This document shows, piece by piece, positions 9,452 through 18,316 of a stretch of DNA of 64,000 nt (its first letter is position 1; the number at the start of each line of letters is the position of its first letter). The position numbers and the translations under genes were made by a program. The notes under the pieces were generated by a model. The model had not been told where the DNA came from. It searched no databases and worked only from the letters and a program-made list of their open reading frames with translations. Origin of the DNA: an uncultured archaeon (GTDB lineage: Archaea; Thermoplasmatota; Penumbrarchaeia; JASLWR01); assembly GCA_964430885.1 (NCBI GenBank), contig CAYSHM010000003.1:64001-128000 (forward strand), written 5' to 3'.

Positions 9452-11224
9452 ATGAATCAAATTAAAAAACGATATCAAATGGTCCCCTTATTCACCTTCA
9501 TTGCAATATTTATTCTCTATGCAGGATCATTGTCAAACCATACTGATCAGGACATTTCAATCGTTGATTATGAATCCTCCAAATTTATTTTAATTCAGGA
9601 ATTTGAGCGTCCCCCATCGAATGCAGAGAAGGGTACTACTAGGAACAACGGCGCCCCCCAGCTTTTCTGGACCTTGGAAGAGAACTATGAAACCAACGGT
9701 GTTCACCCCATTAATGGAATAAGTACCGACGACTACATTTTCAAAATAAGCTATACTGACACTGACAACGATGATCCCAGAGCAGGCGGGAACTTTATCT
9801 ATCTGGTTCTGAATGGTGTGAACCATAGCCTCACCTGTGTTGACGAGAATTTTGTTGACGGTTCCATATTTCAAACTACCATCAACGGCCTGAATCCCAT
9901 GGACCATGAATACTATTTCCTCTGTTTTGATGGGAATTATACGGTCCGTTTCCCCTCTGAGAACGCATCCCTGCCAGTGATAAATTCCAGACCTGAACTG
10001 ATAATCCCTTACCTCAATCCTTCAGGGGGAAATATTTATTCTGGTAGCGTTTTTCCCAACTTCGCCAATGCTACAGATCCAATTACTTTCCAAGTAATTT
10101 ATCTGGATATCGACAACCATCCCCCCTCATCCGGCCTAGGATCCAGAGGTGTAGTTCTGGATAATGTTTATCACAAGATGAACCCTCAGGAGGGACAGGG
10201 ATTTTATTATGATGGAATCTATTCCAATGGTGAAATGTTCGAGATCTCCTTTCAGGTCAATGTCGGAGACGACCATTCTCACTACTTTGAATTCACCGAC
10301 AGCATGGGTGCAACCAATTATTCCACGCCTATCCAAGGGCCGGTCATTGTTGAAGGATTTCCCGATCTGAGAATCGGCAGGGATTATGAAAGAAGACCTC
10401 TGATCACTGGACAACCCAATTCAGACAATCATACAGAATGGTGGAATATCACCATATCCGCAACCATTGAGAATCCTTCCGAGCATTCCGTCAATCAGCC
10501 CTTCCTGGTAAAATTTGACATATATTATGCAGATATCATTTCCGGGGAATTCTCTTTGGTGCAGGCCGAAGAAGTGACTATCGCCCACCTATATCATACC
10601 CAGCGGAATAAAATAAATATCTCCTTTTCAGCTCTTTCTGTGGGGATATACAAGACAACCGTGACCGCAGACAGCGGATTTGAGATCACCGAGATCGTGG
10701 ATAACAATGATACACACACCAATAATATTGCTAGCGTTCAATTTCAAGTTGGTCCCGACCTGGTCCTGGAAAATGAGAAAATCAATCCTCCCTCTGCTTT
10801 TTCCGGGGAAAGCGTAATAATGTCCGCTACCATATTTAACAACGGCAGGACCACTGCTTATTTTGACAATTCACACCCGCTCATAGTTGAATTCACAATA
10901 AACAATGAAACTTTTATGGATGTCATATCCGAACCTTTGGAACCAGGCGAGCACATAATATCTGATATGGACTATACCTATTTTTCTGAAGGGGAACTGA
11001 TACTCACTGTCAGAGTGGACCGGGACAACAATGTTGAAGAGGCAGGCGACCTCGGCAGCTTCAACAATAATAATGTTGGATTCAAAAAGATCACTTTTAT
11101 AGAAAAACGATATGATTTCAAAACGCCTTCATTTGCACCAAATCTTATCTGGATTTCTCTAACAATGACTCTAGCTACAATAATGAAAACGTTGTTCTCT
11201 AAAAAACAGAAGCAGGACCATTAA
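9452..11224 (+). CDS. Secreted protein with two Ig-like repeats, two CARDB domains and a PSF-variant C-terminal sorting signal
   Basis: Two YxDxDNxxP repeats, PDL...E....NN CARDB motifs, ends PSF-hydrophobic-basic. GGAGG precedes ATG 9452. Confidence 0.75.
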   Translation: MNQIKKRYQMVPLFTFIAIFILYAGSLSNHTDQDISIVDYESSKFILIQEFERPPSNAEKGTTRNNGAPQLFWTLEENYETNGVHPINGISTDDYIFKISYTDTDNDDPRAGGNFIYLVLNGVNHSLTCVDENFVDGSIFQTTINGLNPMDHEYYFLCFDGNYTVRFPSENASLPVINSRPELIIPYLNPSGGNIYSGSVFPNFANATDPITFQVIYLDIDNHPPSSGLGSRGVVLDNVYHKMNPQEGQGFYYDGIYSNGEMFEISFQVNVGDDHSHYFEFTDSMGATNYSTPIQGPVIVEGFPDLRIGRDYERRPLITGQPNSDNHTEWWNITISATIENPSEHSVNQPFLVKFDIYYADIISGEFSLVQAEEVTIAHLYHTQRNKINISFSALSVGIYKTTVTADSGFEITEIVDNNDTHTNNIASVQFQVGPDLVLENEKINPPSAFSGESVIMSATIFNNGRTTAYFDNSHPLIVEFTINNETFMDVISEPLEPGEHIISDMDYTYFSEGELILTVRVDRDNNVEEAGDLGSFNNNNVGFKKITFIEKRYDFKTPSFAPNLIWISLTMTLATIMKTLFSKKQKQDH

Positions 11225-11243
11225 TCTAAGAAGAAGTGATACA

Positions 11244-12374
11244 ATGGACGGCGATTATCTATTTAAATTAGAAATGCTTAGAAAAGGAATTAGATCCAAC
11301 ATCATTTGGATGATCATCATTGCTCTGATAGTCGGAGGCATATATTTAGCTTCTCTTTATGTTTGGTCCGATACTTACCATGACGATTTCAAGCGAAAGG
11401 CAATCCGTGAGTTCGATGTACCCCTTTATACTTGCCCCGTAGAGATCGACATGTCCATCATCAGTAGTGAAGAGGGGATTCCTTTCAATGCTACCGTATT
11501 TCTAATTGAAGAATCCAAAGCGAATTTTCACGATGAAGACGATTATTACGACCACTGTATCGATTACGAGGAGAATACAGATGAATTCGCCTTTGACGGT
11601 GAATTGAAAAAGGGAACCTATCATATTGTGATCCTCATAAATGAAGTGCCTGTTAATTCCAGCCAGGATCTGAGTTTCAAGGGCAATTACGACCCCATAA
11701 AGATATATCTTATTGAACCGCTGATCATATATGTTATCATAGGTGGATGTATAATCGAACTTCTTCTGATCATTTTCATTGTTAGAATGATAATCAGAAG
11801 GAAGCGGATAAGAGAGGAGATGGTCCAGTCAAAGAAGAATAAAAAAGACAAACCTAACCGTCTTTCCAGCGATAGCAGAGGCGGAGGATACCAAAGAATG
11901 GAAAGAGACCGCTATTATTCTGATGATGAGGAATATTATTCTGAATATGATGTAAGAAAGCCGCCCAGGGATAGGCGAACGGAAAGGGAAAGGTTCGATA
12001 TCAGAAGTAATCGTTACAGCAATGATTGGGAAGAGGATGTCAGCATTGAATACATTCCTTCCAGATCTAGGAGCGGTCCTAGATACAATGACGATTATGG
12101 CGATAGGGATTTTCGCAGGGACAGGAGTTCTAGAAGAAATGATTCCAGAAGACCCCCTAAGAGAAATAGACGACATTCTTATTCCGACGAAGATTATTAT
12201 GAAAAACCTCCCAGGCCCACTAGAGAAAGGAGAAGGCCTGAGAAAAGACAGGGGCGGAAAAGGGACAGGGGCGGAGGTCCGAATTGGGATGATGATGATG
12301 TATTATTCTTCGATGATGAAGACAAGGGCCGAAGGAGAAGGGGCGGTTCATCAAAGGATATTGCTTGGGAATGA
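11244..12374 (+). CDS. Two-TM membrane protein with long Arg/Asp-rich disordered tail
   Basis: Two hydrophobic helices flank a ~110-aa beta domain; the C-terminal half is R/D/E/S/Y-rich. Confidence 0.75.
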   Translation: MDGDYLFKLEMLRKGIRSNIIWMIIIALIVGGIYLASLYVWSDTYHDDFKRKAIREFDVPLYTCPVEIDMSIISSEEGIPFNATVFLIEESKANFHDEDDYYDHCIDYEENTDEFAFDGELKKGTYHIVILINEVPVNSSQDLSFKGNYDPIKIYLIEPLIIYVIIGGCIIELLLIIFIVRMIIRRKRIREEMVQSKKNKKDKPNRLSSDSRGGGYQRMERDRYYSDDEEYYSEYDVRKPPRDRRTERERFDIRSNRYSNDWEEDVSIEYIPSRSRSGPRYNDDYGDRDFRRDRSSRRNDSRRPPKRNRRHSYSDEDYYEKPPRPTRERRRPEKRQGRKRDRGGGPNWDDDDVLFFDDEDKGRRRRGGSSKDIAWE

Positions 12375-12489
12375 GACATTCACCTTGGAATATCGTTCAT
12401 GGAACTGACCGGCATTATACTACTTCAGCATCAATAAATTGAAATCTGGTTGAATCTTATTTATTAAGCCACCGTCTCTACAAAAATAT

Positions 12490-12497
12490 TTTATATA
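12490..12497 (+). promoter_or_regulatory. TATA box of tRNA-iMet promoter
   Basis: TTTATATA preceded by an A-rich BRE-like run, about 35 nt upstream of the tRNA. Confidence 0.6.
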
Positions 12498-12531
12498 ATC
12501 AATACTTTACCTCTGAAGGTATTTTAGTTAT

Positions 12532-12606
12532 AGCGGGGTGGGGTAGCCTGGATAACCCGGCGGGCTCATAACCCGCAGATCAGTAGTTCAAATCTACTCC
12601 CCGCTA
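12532..12606 (+). tRNA. Initiator tRNA-Met (CAT)
   Basis: Acceptor AGCGGGG/CCCCGCT (A1:U72), anticodon stem GCGGG/CCCGC around CTCATAA, T-loop GTTCAAATC. CCA is not encoded; a T-tract follows. Confidence 0.96.
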
Positions 12607-12636
12607 CTTTTTTCATCATACCAACAGGTGAAATAA

Positions 12637-12906
12637 ATGGAAGTATGGATAATTATCGTCATAGTTGCAGTGGTTATACTTGCTTTGGTAGGCATAATCT
12701 TCTGGTTGCTTAAGAAAGGTAAGAAGGATACTCCCCAGGAATATGAATGTCCGTCCTGTGGTGCCGTAATATTGGGTCTTCAGGACAAATGCCCTAAATG
12801 CGGGAAGAGCTTCGTACAGAAAAAACACGTATGCCCACACTGTAAGAAGCAGGTCAGGTCAGATGCCAGCATCTGCGATAGTTGCGGAACTGAATTCGAA
12901 TTCTGA
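12637..12906 (+). CDS. Membrane-anchored double zinc-ribbon protein
   Basis: N-terminal TM, then four CxxC motifs (CPSC, CPKC, CPHC, CDSC). Confidence 0.8.
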   Translation: MEVWIIIVIVAVVILALVGIIFWLLKKGKKDTPQEYECPSCGAVILGLQDKCPKCGKSFVQKKHVCPHCKKQVRSDASICDSCGTEFEF

Positions 12907-13045
12907 TGAAATGCGCAAAAATGTAAAACTGCAGGCATTACAAGAAAATCAATGTCGGCATATCTATTTTTCATAATTATAGTTTGATTAATCTAATTTC
13001 TGACTGAAAATTTACCTTAAACCTAGATTGCTTCATTTATTTGGT

Positions 13046-13819
13046 TTATACCCGCAGATAAGAAGCTCCGTTGATATCGATTATTCCTCCCGTCAGAAAT
13101 TCGGAACCTTCACAGGCCAAAAAAAGTGCGGTATGTGCAATCTCTTCCGGTCTGGCAACCCTGTTCAGTGGGCTCTGGGACCTGACTGAATCGCCCTCTG
13201 GACCCTGCAAACTCGAAGCAGCCATCTTTGTATCCACCCATCCCGGGGCAATGGCATAAACAAAAACATTTTGGGGTGCAACCTCCTTTGCCATGGATTG
13301 GGAAAAGGCATTCAATGCAGCCTTGCTTGCCGCATATGCCGGAGCTGAAGGTTCACCCCGAAAAGCACCTCTTGAAGTTATATTGATAACCTTACCTCCA
13401 CCCCTATCAGCCATCCTGTTGATAATCAAATACGATAGATACACCGGGCCCATAAGATTGACATTCATTATTGAATCCCAGGCTCGGTTCCATTCCTCTT
13501 TCCCGCAGGTAAATATCTTATGTTCATCATATATCCCAGCATTGTTGATCAAAACATCAATCGCCGTGACCTTTGAGAATATTTCATTCATCATTTGGTC
13601 TATTGAATCCCTGGAAGACAGGTCTGCCTTCACCGCAAAATGTCCATCGCCTACAAGGTTCCCCAGTTTGTCCTGGGCGCCTTCCTCATCATTATTATAA
13701 TGCATTATCACCCTTGCACCAGCCTGTGCAAAATATTCTGATACGGCAGCTCCGATACCGCCAGATGCTCCTGTTATCAGAACTGTCTTCCTCTTCATAT
13801 CTGAAGTAATTACATCCAT
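13046..13819 (-). CDS. Short-chain dehydrogenase/reductase (FabG-like)
   Basis: TGASGGIG, NNAG, YAASK, APGWVDT. Confidence 0.92.
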   Translation of the reverse strand: MDVITSDMKRKTVLITGASGGIGAAVSEYFAQAGARVIMHYNNDEEGAQDKLGNLVGDGHFAVKADLSSRDSIDQMMNEIFSKVTAIDVLINNAGIYDEHKIFTCGKEEWNRAWDSIMNVNLMGPVYLSYLIINRMADRGGGKVINITSRGAFRGEPSAPAYAASKAALNAFSQSMAKEVAPQNVFVYAIAPGWVDTKMAASSLQGPEGDSVRSQSPLNRVARPEEIAHTALFLACEGSEFLTGGIIDINGASYLRV

Positions 13820-14003
13820 AATAATCACCTTAATTTCTGGAATTAAATCCTCAATTCAGATAAATAGTATTTAGGACCTTGTTCATTTCATAATCAAATG
13901 GTTAAATTACCGCTAGGCCATAGATAAATTTGTTCTGGATTTAATTTTTTAAAAGTTAAAAATATATATGGTGATAAGAGGTTTGTGAACTGTATTTCAA
14001 AGG

Positions 14004-14080
14004 GGGCCAATGGTCTAGTTGGTTATGATATCGCCTTCACACGGCGGAGACCGCCGGTTCGAATCCGGCTTGGCCCACCA
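14004..14080 (+). tRNA. tRNA-Val (CAC), CCA encoded
   Basis: Acceptor GGGCCAA/TTGGCCC, anticodon arm TCGCC-TTCACAC-GGCGG, T-loop GTTCGAATC, ends ACCA. Confidence 0.96.
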
Positions 14081-14267
14081 TTTGTATTTTGGATGGATGT
14101 ACAATAATTTATATTACCAAATAGTTGAAAAGGGATCCCCCTCTAAATCGTGTAATTATCTGAATATGAACCTCTGTAAAACAAATATATATACCTGCAT
14201 ATGGAATCTAAATCTAATTGCTCTGTTATTGAGAAAGGCATAAAACCAAAAGTCGGAACGTGAATAT

Positions 14268-14690
14268 ATGGTGGATATGTTTCAGGGAAACGTTATCACT
14301 TCATACCTATTCTGGATACTAGTTGTCACCGGATTATTGTTATTGGCCTTAGTGGTGATCATCTATCTGAGTAAAATAAAAACAAGACGTGAGATTATCA
14401 AAAGCAAGGAACTTGAACTGGAGAGAAAAAAATTGGAGTTCATGGGGAAACGAATGCTCTTACAGGAACTGAAGGAGAGCTCTAAAGCCCCCTCGGATAC
14501 CGAAAGAGAACAGTTGGACGCAATTCAGATGGATAATACAATCTTGACCAAGAAGATCATGCATATGATGGAGGAAATGGACAAGAGGGGTAAGCGTCTG
14601 GAACTTGGAGCCGATACCGCCAAAATGGTCATGACCATGAGGGAGATCAAGGAAAAGGAAAGACAGCTTTTTGGCAGGGATATCGATTAG
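14268..14690 (+). CDS. Hypothetical membrane-anchored coiled-coil protein
   Basis: One N-terminal TM followed by a charged helical region. Confidence 0.7.
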   Translation: MVDMFQGNVITSYLFWILVVTGLLLLALVVIIYLSKIKTRREIIKSKELELERKKLEFMGKRMLLQELKESSKAPSDTEREQLDAIQMDNTILTKKIMHMMEEMDKRGKRLELGADTAKMVMTMREIKEKERQLFGRDID

Positions 14691-14957
14691 GATTTATTTA
14701 GTAATAATATTGGTCCAATTCTGAATCTCTTCTAATTATCTCTTAACCCACGCAAGTCTTAAAATTTTCATTGCCTTCACTTCCCCATAAATTCAACCAA
14801 AACACCCGTTTCTTTAATTTGTATGATGATCTGCCAAATTCTTATCAAATTCTACTCAAGATAAATAATGGAATTATAATTTTTTAAATATTTGAAAGGC
14901 CCTTTTCTTCCGCTGATGAAAAATTGAATCGAATTAGAACTTATAAAGGTGATAGGA

Positions 14958-16853
14958 ATGTCAGGAAAAAACAACAAGAAAGAAAATGAGGAAATTAAAA
15001 AGGGCGAACTTTCAATTGAGATCGACAACCTATTCCCCATATTGAAGAAATGGATGTATTCCGAAAGAGATATTTTTCTGAGAGAGCTCATTGCAAATTC
15101 ACATGATGCAATAAAAAAGCTTCAGAATCTCACCCGGTTCGGGGAATATGACCAAACAATAGAAGCTCAGATCATTGTAGAAGTAGATAAAGAAAAGGGA
15201 ACCTTGACAGTCAGCGACAACGGATTGGGGATGACCGAAGATGAGATCTCCAGATACATAAACCAGGTAGCTTTTTCAGGTGTGAACGATTTTGTGAAAA
15301 AGTACATGGACAAGGATGAAAAAGATATCACAATTGGTTTTTTCGGGGTGGGATTCTATTCCTCCTTCATGGTCTCCAAGGAAGTGGAGATCCAAACATC
15401 ATCCTATAGGAACGATTCCGAACCAGTAAAATGGAATTGTGAAGGGACGCCCAGTTTTAAAATGGAAAAGGGAACTAGAAACAAAACCGGCACTGATGTG
15501 ATACTACACATAGATGATGAGAACAGCGATCTGCTTGACAAGAACACTGTTAAGAACATCATCAAAAAACACTGCAAATTCCTTCCCATTCCAATAAAGA
15601 TGGATGATGAACTCCTGAACGACCCGGAGCCTCTATGGCTGAAATCCCCCGCCTCTGTTGAAGAAGAGGATTATCAAAAATTCTATCGTGATCTCTATAA
15701 TACTTACCAGAATCCCCATTTCTGGGTCCACCTCAATATAGACTACCCATTCGACCTCAAAGGAATTCTGTATTTCCCAAAATTAGGCCATGAAATGGAA
15801 ACACCCCAGGAACAGATCAAGATCTACTGCAACCACATGTTCGTAACTGACCACAGCAAGGAACTGGTCCCTGAGTTCATGACCCTGCTGCAGGGAGCTC
15901 TGGACTCTCCTGACATACCCCTCAATATCTCAAGAAGTATGCTTCAAAGGGATTCGGTAGTAATAAAGATAGGTCAGCTCATCGTCAGCCAGGTAGCCAA
16001 GGAGCTTAAAGGAATTCATCGTGACGATCAGAAGAGATATGAAGAGATCTGGAAGGACATCGATCCAGTGGTGAAATATGGTTGTATGCAGGATGAAAAG
16101 TTCTACAAAAAGATGAAAGATGATTTGATCTTCAAGACAAACCAAGGTGGGATTACTACCTTAAAGGATTATATGGATCGAAATGAGGAAAAAAATGCGG
16201 AACTCATATTCTATTCCACCGATGAAATAAAGCAGAAATCATATCTGAATCTCTTGAAAGAAAATGATCTCGAAGCCTTGATCATGGATTCCGTGATCGA
16301 TCCCCATTTCATTCAATTTCTGGAACAGGCAGAGGGAAATATCAGGTTCACTCGTGTAGATTCTGACATAAGCAGATTCATACAGAAAACAAATGATGAG
16401 GACGCGGAGATCCCGGGAAATAAATCCAATATGCCCAAATCCAAAAAGAAGACGGCGGACGAAAAGGAAAAGATAAAGGAGCTGTTCAAAAAATATATCG
16501 AGAATGAGGGGCTCAATGTTGAGGTGGAGGAACTGAAGACCGACCGAATTCCAGGAATAATCGTCATTGAGGAACTTATGAGAAGATTCGAGGACATGAG
16601 CAAACTGACAAAGACACAAGTATTCGGTTACAATCCCCAGCATGTCCTTGTGATAAATTCCAGGAACCAGGTCATCAAGAACCTCCTCAAATTGTACAGG
16701 GGTAGAAAAAAGGATAGGGAAGCGCGAATGGAGGCCTTGTGCAGGACGGTTTACGACATGGCTCTTCTGGGCCAGGGAAAGCTTCAGGGAGAAAAACTCA
16801 CAGAATTCCTGGATAGGACCGAGGAAATAATGAAGAAGTTCAGTGAACTCTGA
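14958..16853 (+). CDS. htpG: Molecular chaperone HtpG (Hsp90)
   Basis: DIFLRELIANSHDA, DNGLGM, IGFFGVGFYS, PLNISRSMLQ. Confidence 0.96.
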   Translation: MSGKNNKKENEEIKKGELSIEIDNLFPILKKWMYSERDIFLRELIANSHDAIKKLQNLTRFGEYDQTIEAQIIVEVDKEKGTLTVSDNGLGMTEDEISRYINQVAFSGVNDFVKKYMDKDEKDITIGFFGVGFYSSFMVSKEVEIQTSSYRNDSEPVKWNCEGTPSFKMEKGTRNKTGTDVILHIDDENSDLLDKNTVKNIIKKHCKFLPIPIKMDDELLNDPEPLWLKSPASVEEEDYQKFYRDLYNTYQNPHFWVHLNIDYPFDLKGILYFPKLGHEMETPQEQIKIYCNHMFVTDHSKELVPEFMTLLQGALDSPDIPLNISRSMLQRDSVVIKIGQLIVSQVAKELKGIHRDDQKRYEEIWKDIDPVVKYGCMQDEKFYKKMKDDLIFKTNQGGITTLKDYMDRNEEKNAELIFYSTDEIKQKSYLNLLKENDLEALIMDSVIDPHFIQFLEQAEGNIRFTRVDSDISRFIQKTNDEDAEIPGNKSNMPKSKKKTADEKEKIKELFKKYIENEGLNVEVEELKTDRIPGIIVIEELMRRFEDMSKLTKTQVFGYNPQHVLVINSRNQVIKNLLKLYRGRKKDREARMEALCRTVYDMALLGQGKLQGEKLTEFLDRTEEIMKKFSEL

Positions 16854-16964
16854 GGGCATTTTATGATTATTTCCTGACAGAAATATAAATATAAAATATG
16901 ATATGAACATATATTACTCACTCTGAGGGAAGAGTTACCTTTTAACATTAACCCGGAGGATCAA

Positions 16965-18185
16965 ATGAGGAAAAAGGTCCATATAATCGACTATGAGAGC
17001 GGTAAAAGCGTCACTCTGATAATTGACGATGAAGAAACCATCGATTCTATTGTAAAGAAGGCAAAGGAATACTGGTTGAAAAAGGGCAGTTATGAGATCA
17101 CTTATGGGGGGGAATGGTTAATGCCGCTTTACACTGTTAGGGACTACGAAATCGAGGAGGAAGCATTTCTTAAACTGCAGCACCGGGACACACTAGGGAA
17201 AGTTAAGAAAAAGAGCTTGGCATCAACCCAGCCCGAGGGAATTGAATATCCTGAAGAATGTCCCCAGTGCGGGAAGGTCAAATTCAGATTCCTTTCACAA
17301 AATGAATTCCAGTGCAATATATGCGGTGGGGTAGTTCAAAAAATCAGCAGCGGTTACTCCATGGACCCCTTGGATTCTTTCCTTTCGGAAGATGATTCCT
17401 TCATGACCACTGATGATCCCAACCGGATTATTGAAGAGAGGGAGTCCGAGACCCATCGACTGTATGGAGACATTTACCGCAGCAGGAATTCCCCGGGATA
17501 TTATGGCAACAATACGGCAGATAATGATAATATTTGGGAGGAGAACCCGGAATTCGAAGGGGATTCACTCCAGTATAACAGACCCCCTTCCAGCAGCGGA
17601 CCCCGTATAATTGAACCTGACGAGCGGGACATCTTCCATGATGAAGACGAACTGCTCACTTCTGAGCACAATGAACCTAATGATGAATTTCCCGATGCCA
17701 TCCCTACCTTGACCCCAGTTGTACAGAAAGAAAGAGGGCCGATATGCGATAAATGCGGCATGGAGCTCCGCTACATCTCAAATTATGACAGCTGGTGGTG
17801 CGACAGCTGCAAGAAATATCTGGGGGAGGAAATGAACTATCATTCTCCCGGAAAACCTACCATACTTCCCGCAAAGGAAAAGAAAGTTATTCGGATAATA
17901 GGACCTGAAACGAACAAAACTTCATCACCAGATATAATCGCCGTCCCTCCCGAACCTGACGATAATGTGTATCTGGTCGATCAAGGGGAGAAATGGTTAA
18001 TTAAATTTATGAAGATGTCCGAACCAATTCTTGAGAGATCTGCCGTAATAAATGGTAGTTTCAGAGCACAATACAGGGATGAAAATGGGCGATTCTGCGT
18101 ACTTAAAATGGAAATGAACGGCGATAATATCGAGCCTCTTTTTTACAGTACATCACCCCCGCCAGACGAACTTTTTCAGGAATAA
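16965..18185 (+). CDS. Protein with N-terminal ubiquitin-like domain, two zinc ribbons and disordered linkers
   Basis: GKSVTL/ETI/YGGEWL/TVRDYEIEEEAFLKL aligns by eye with ubiquitin. Zinc ribbons CPQC..CNIC and CDKC..WWCDSC. GGAGG precedes the start. Confidence 0.7.
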   Translation: MRKKVHIIDYESGKSVTLIIDDEETIDSIVKKAKEYWLKKGSYEITYGGEWLMPLYTVRDYEIEEEAFLKLQHRDTLGKVKKKSLASTQPEGIEYPEECPQCGKVKFRFLSQNEFQCNICGGVVQKISSGYSMDPLDSFLSEDDSFMTTDDPNRIIEERESETHRLYGDIYRSRNSPGYYGNNTADNDNIWEENPEFEGDSLQYNRPPSSSGPRIIEPDERDIFHDEDELLTSEHNEPNDEFPDAIPTLTPVVQKERGPICDKCGMELRYISNYDSWWCDSCKKYLGEEMNYHSPGKPTILPAKEKKVIRIIGPETNKTSSPDIIAVPPEPDDNVYLVDQGEKWLIKFMKMSEPILERSAVINGSFRAQYRDENGRFCVLKMEMNGDNIEPLFYSTSPPPDELFQE

Positions 18186-18316
18186 AAAACCATGTTGGTG
18201 GAAACCAGAACATATCATTGAATTACACCAGTAACTTTTAAGTAGAGCAAAGGCTATACTTGGAGATGGTATAAATATTAAAAATCTATAGAATATGTAA
18301 TACGGAGGAAAACAAT

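Noticed and set aside
14019-14243. 74-aa ORF
   Set aside because: Starts inside tRNA-Val and runs into AT-rich intergenic DNA.
12532-14700. tRNA-anchored integrated element
   Set aside because: No integrase and no duplicated tRNA 3' end seen.
16239-16910. 223-aa antisense ORF inside htpG; similar shadows at 20042-20698, 39867-40436, 57965-58486, 60947-61462
   Set aside because: Each lies almost entirely opposite a well-supported gene and has no motifs. Such shadows are expected from codon bias.
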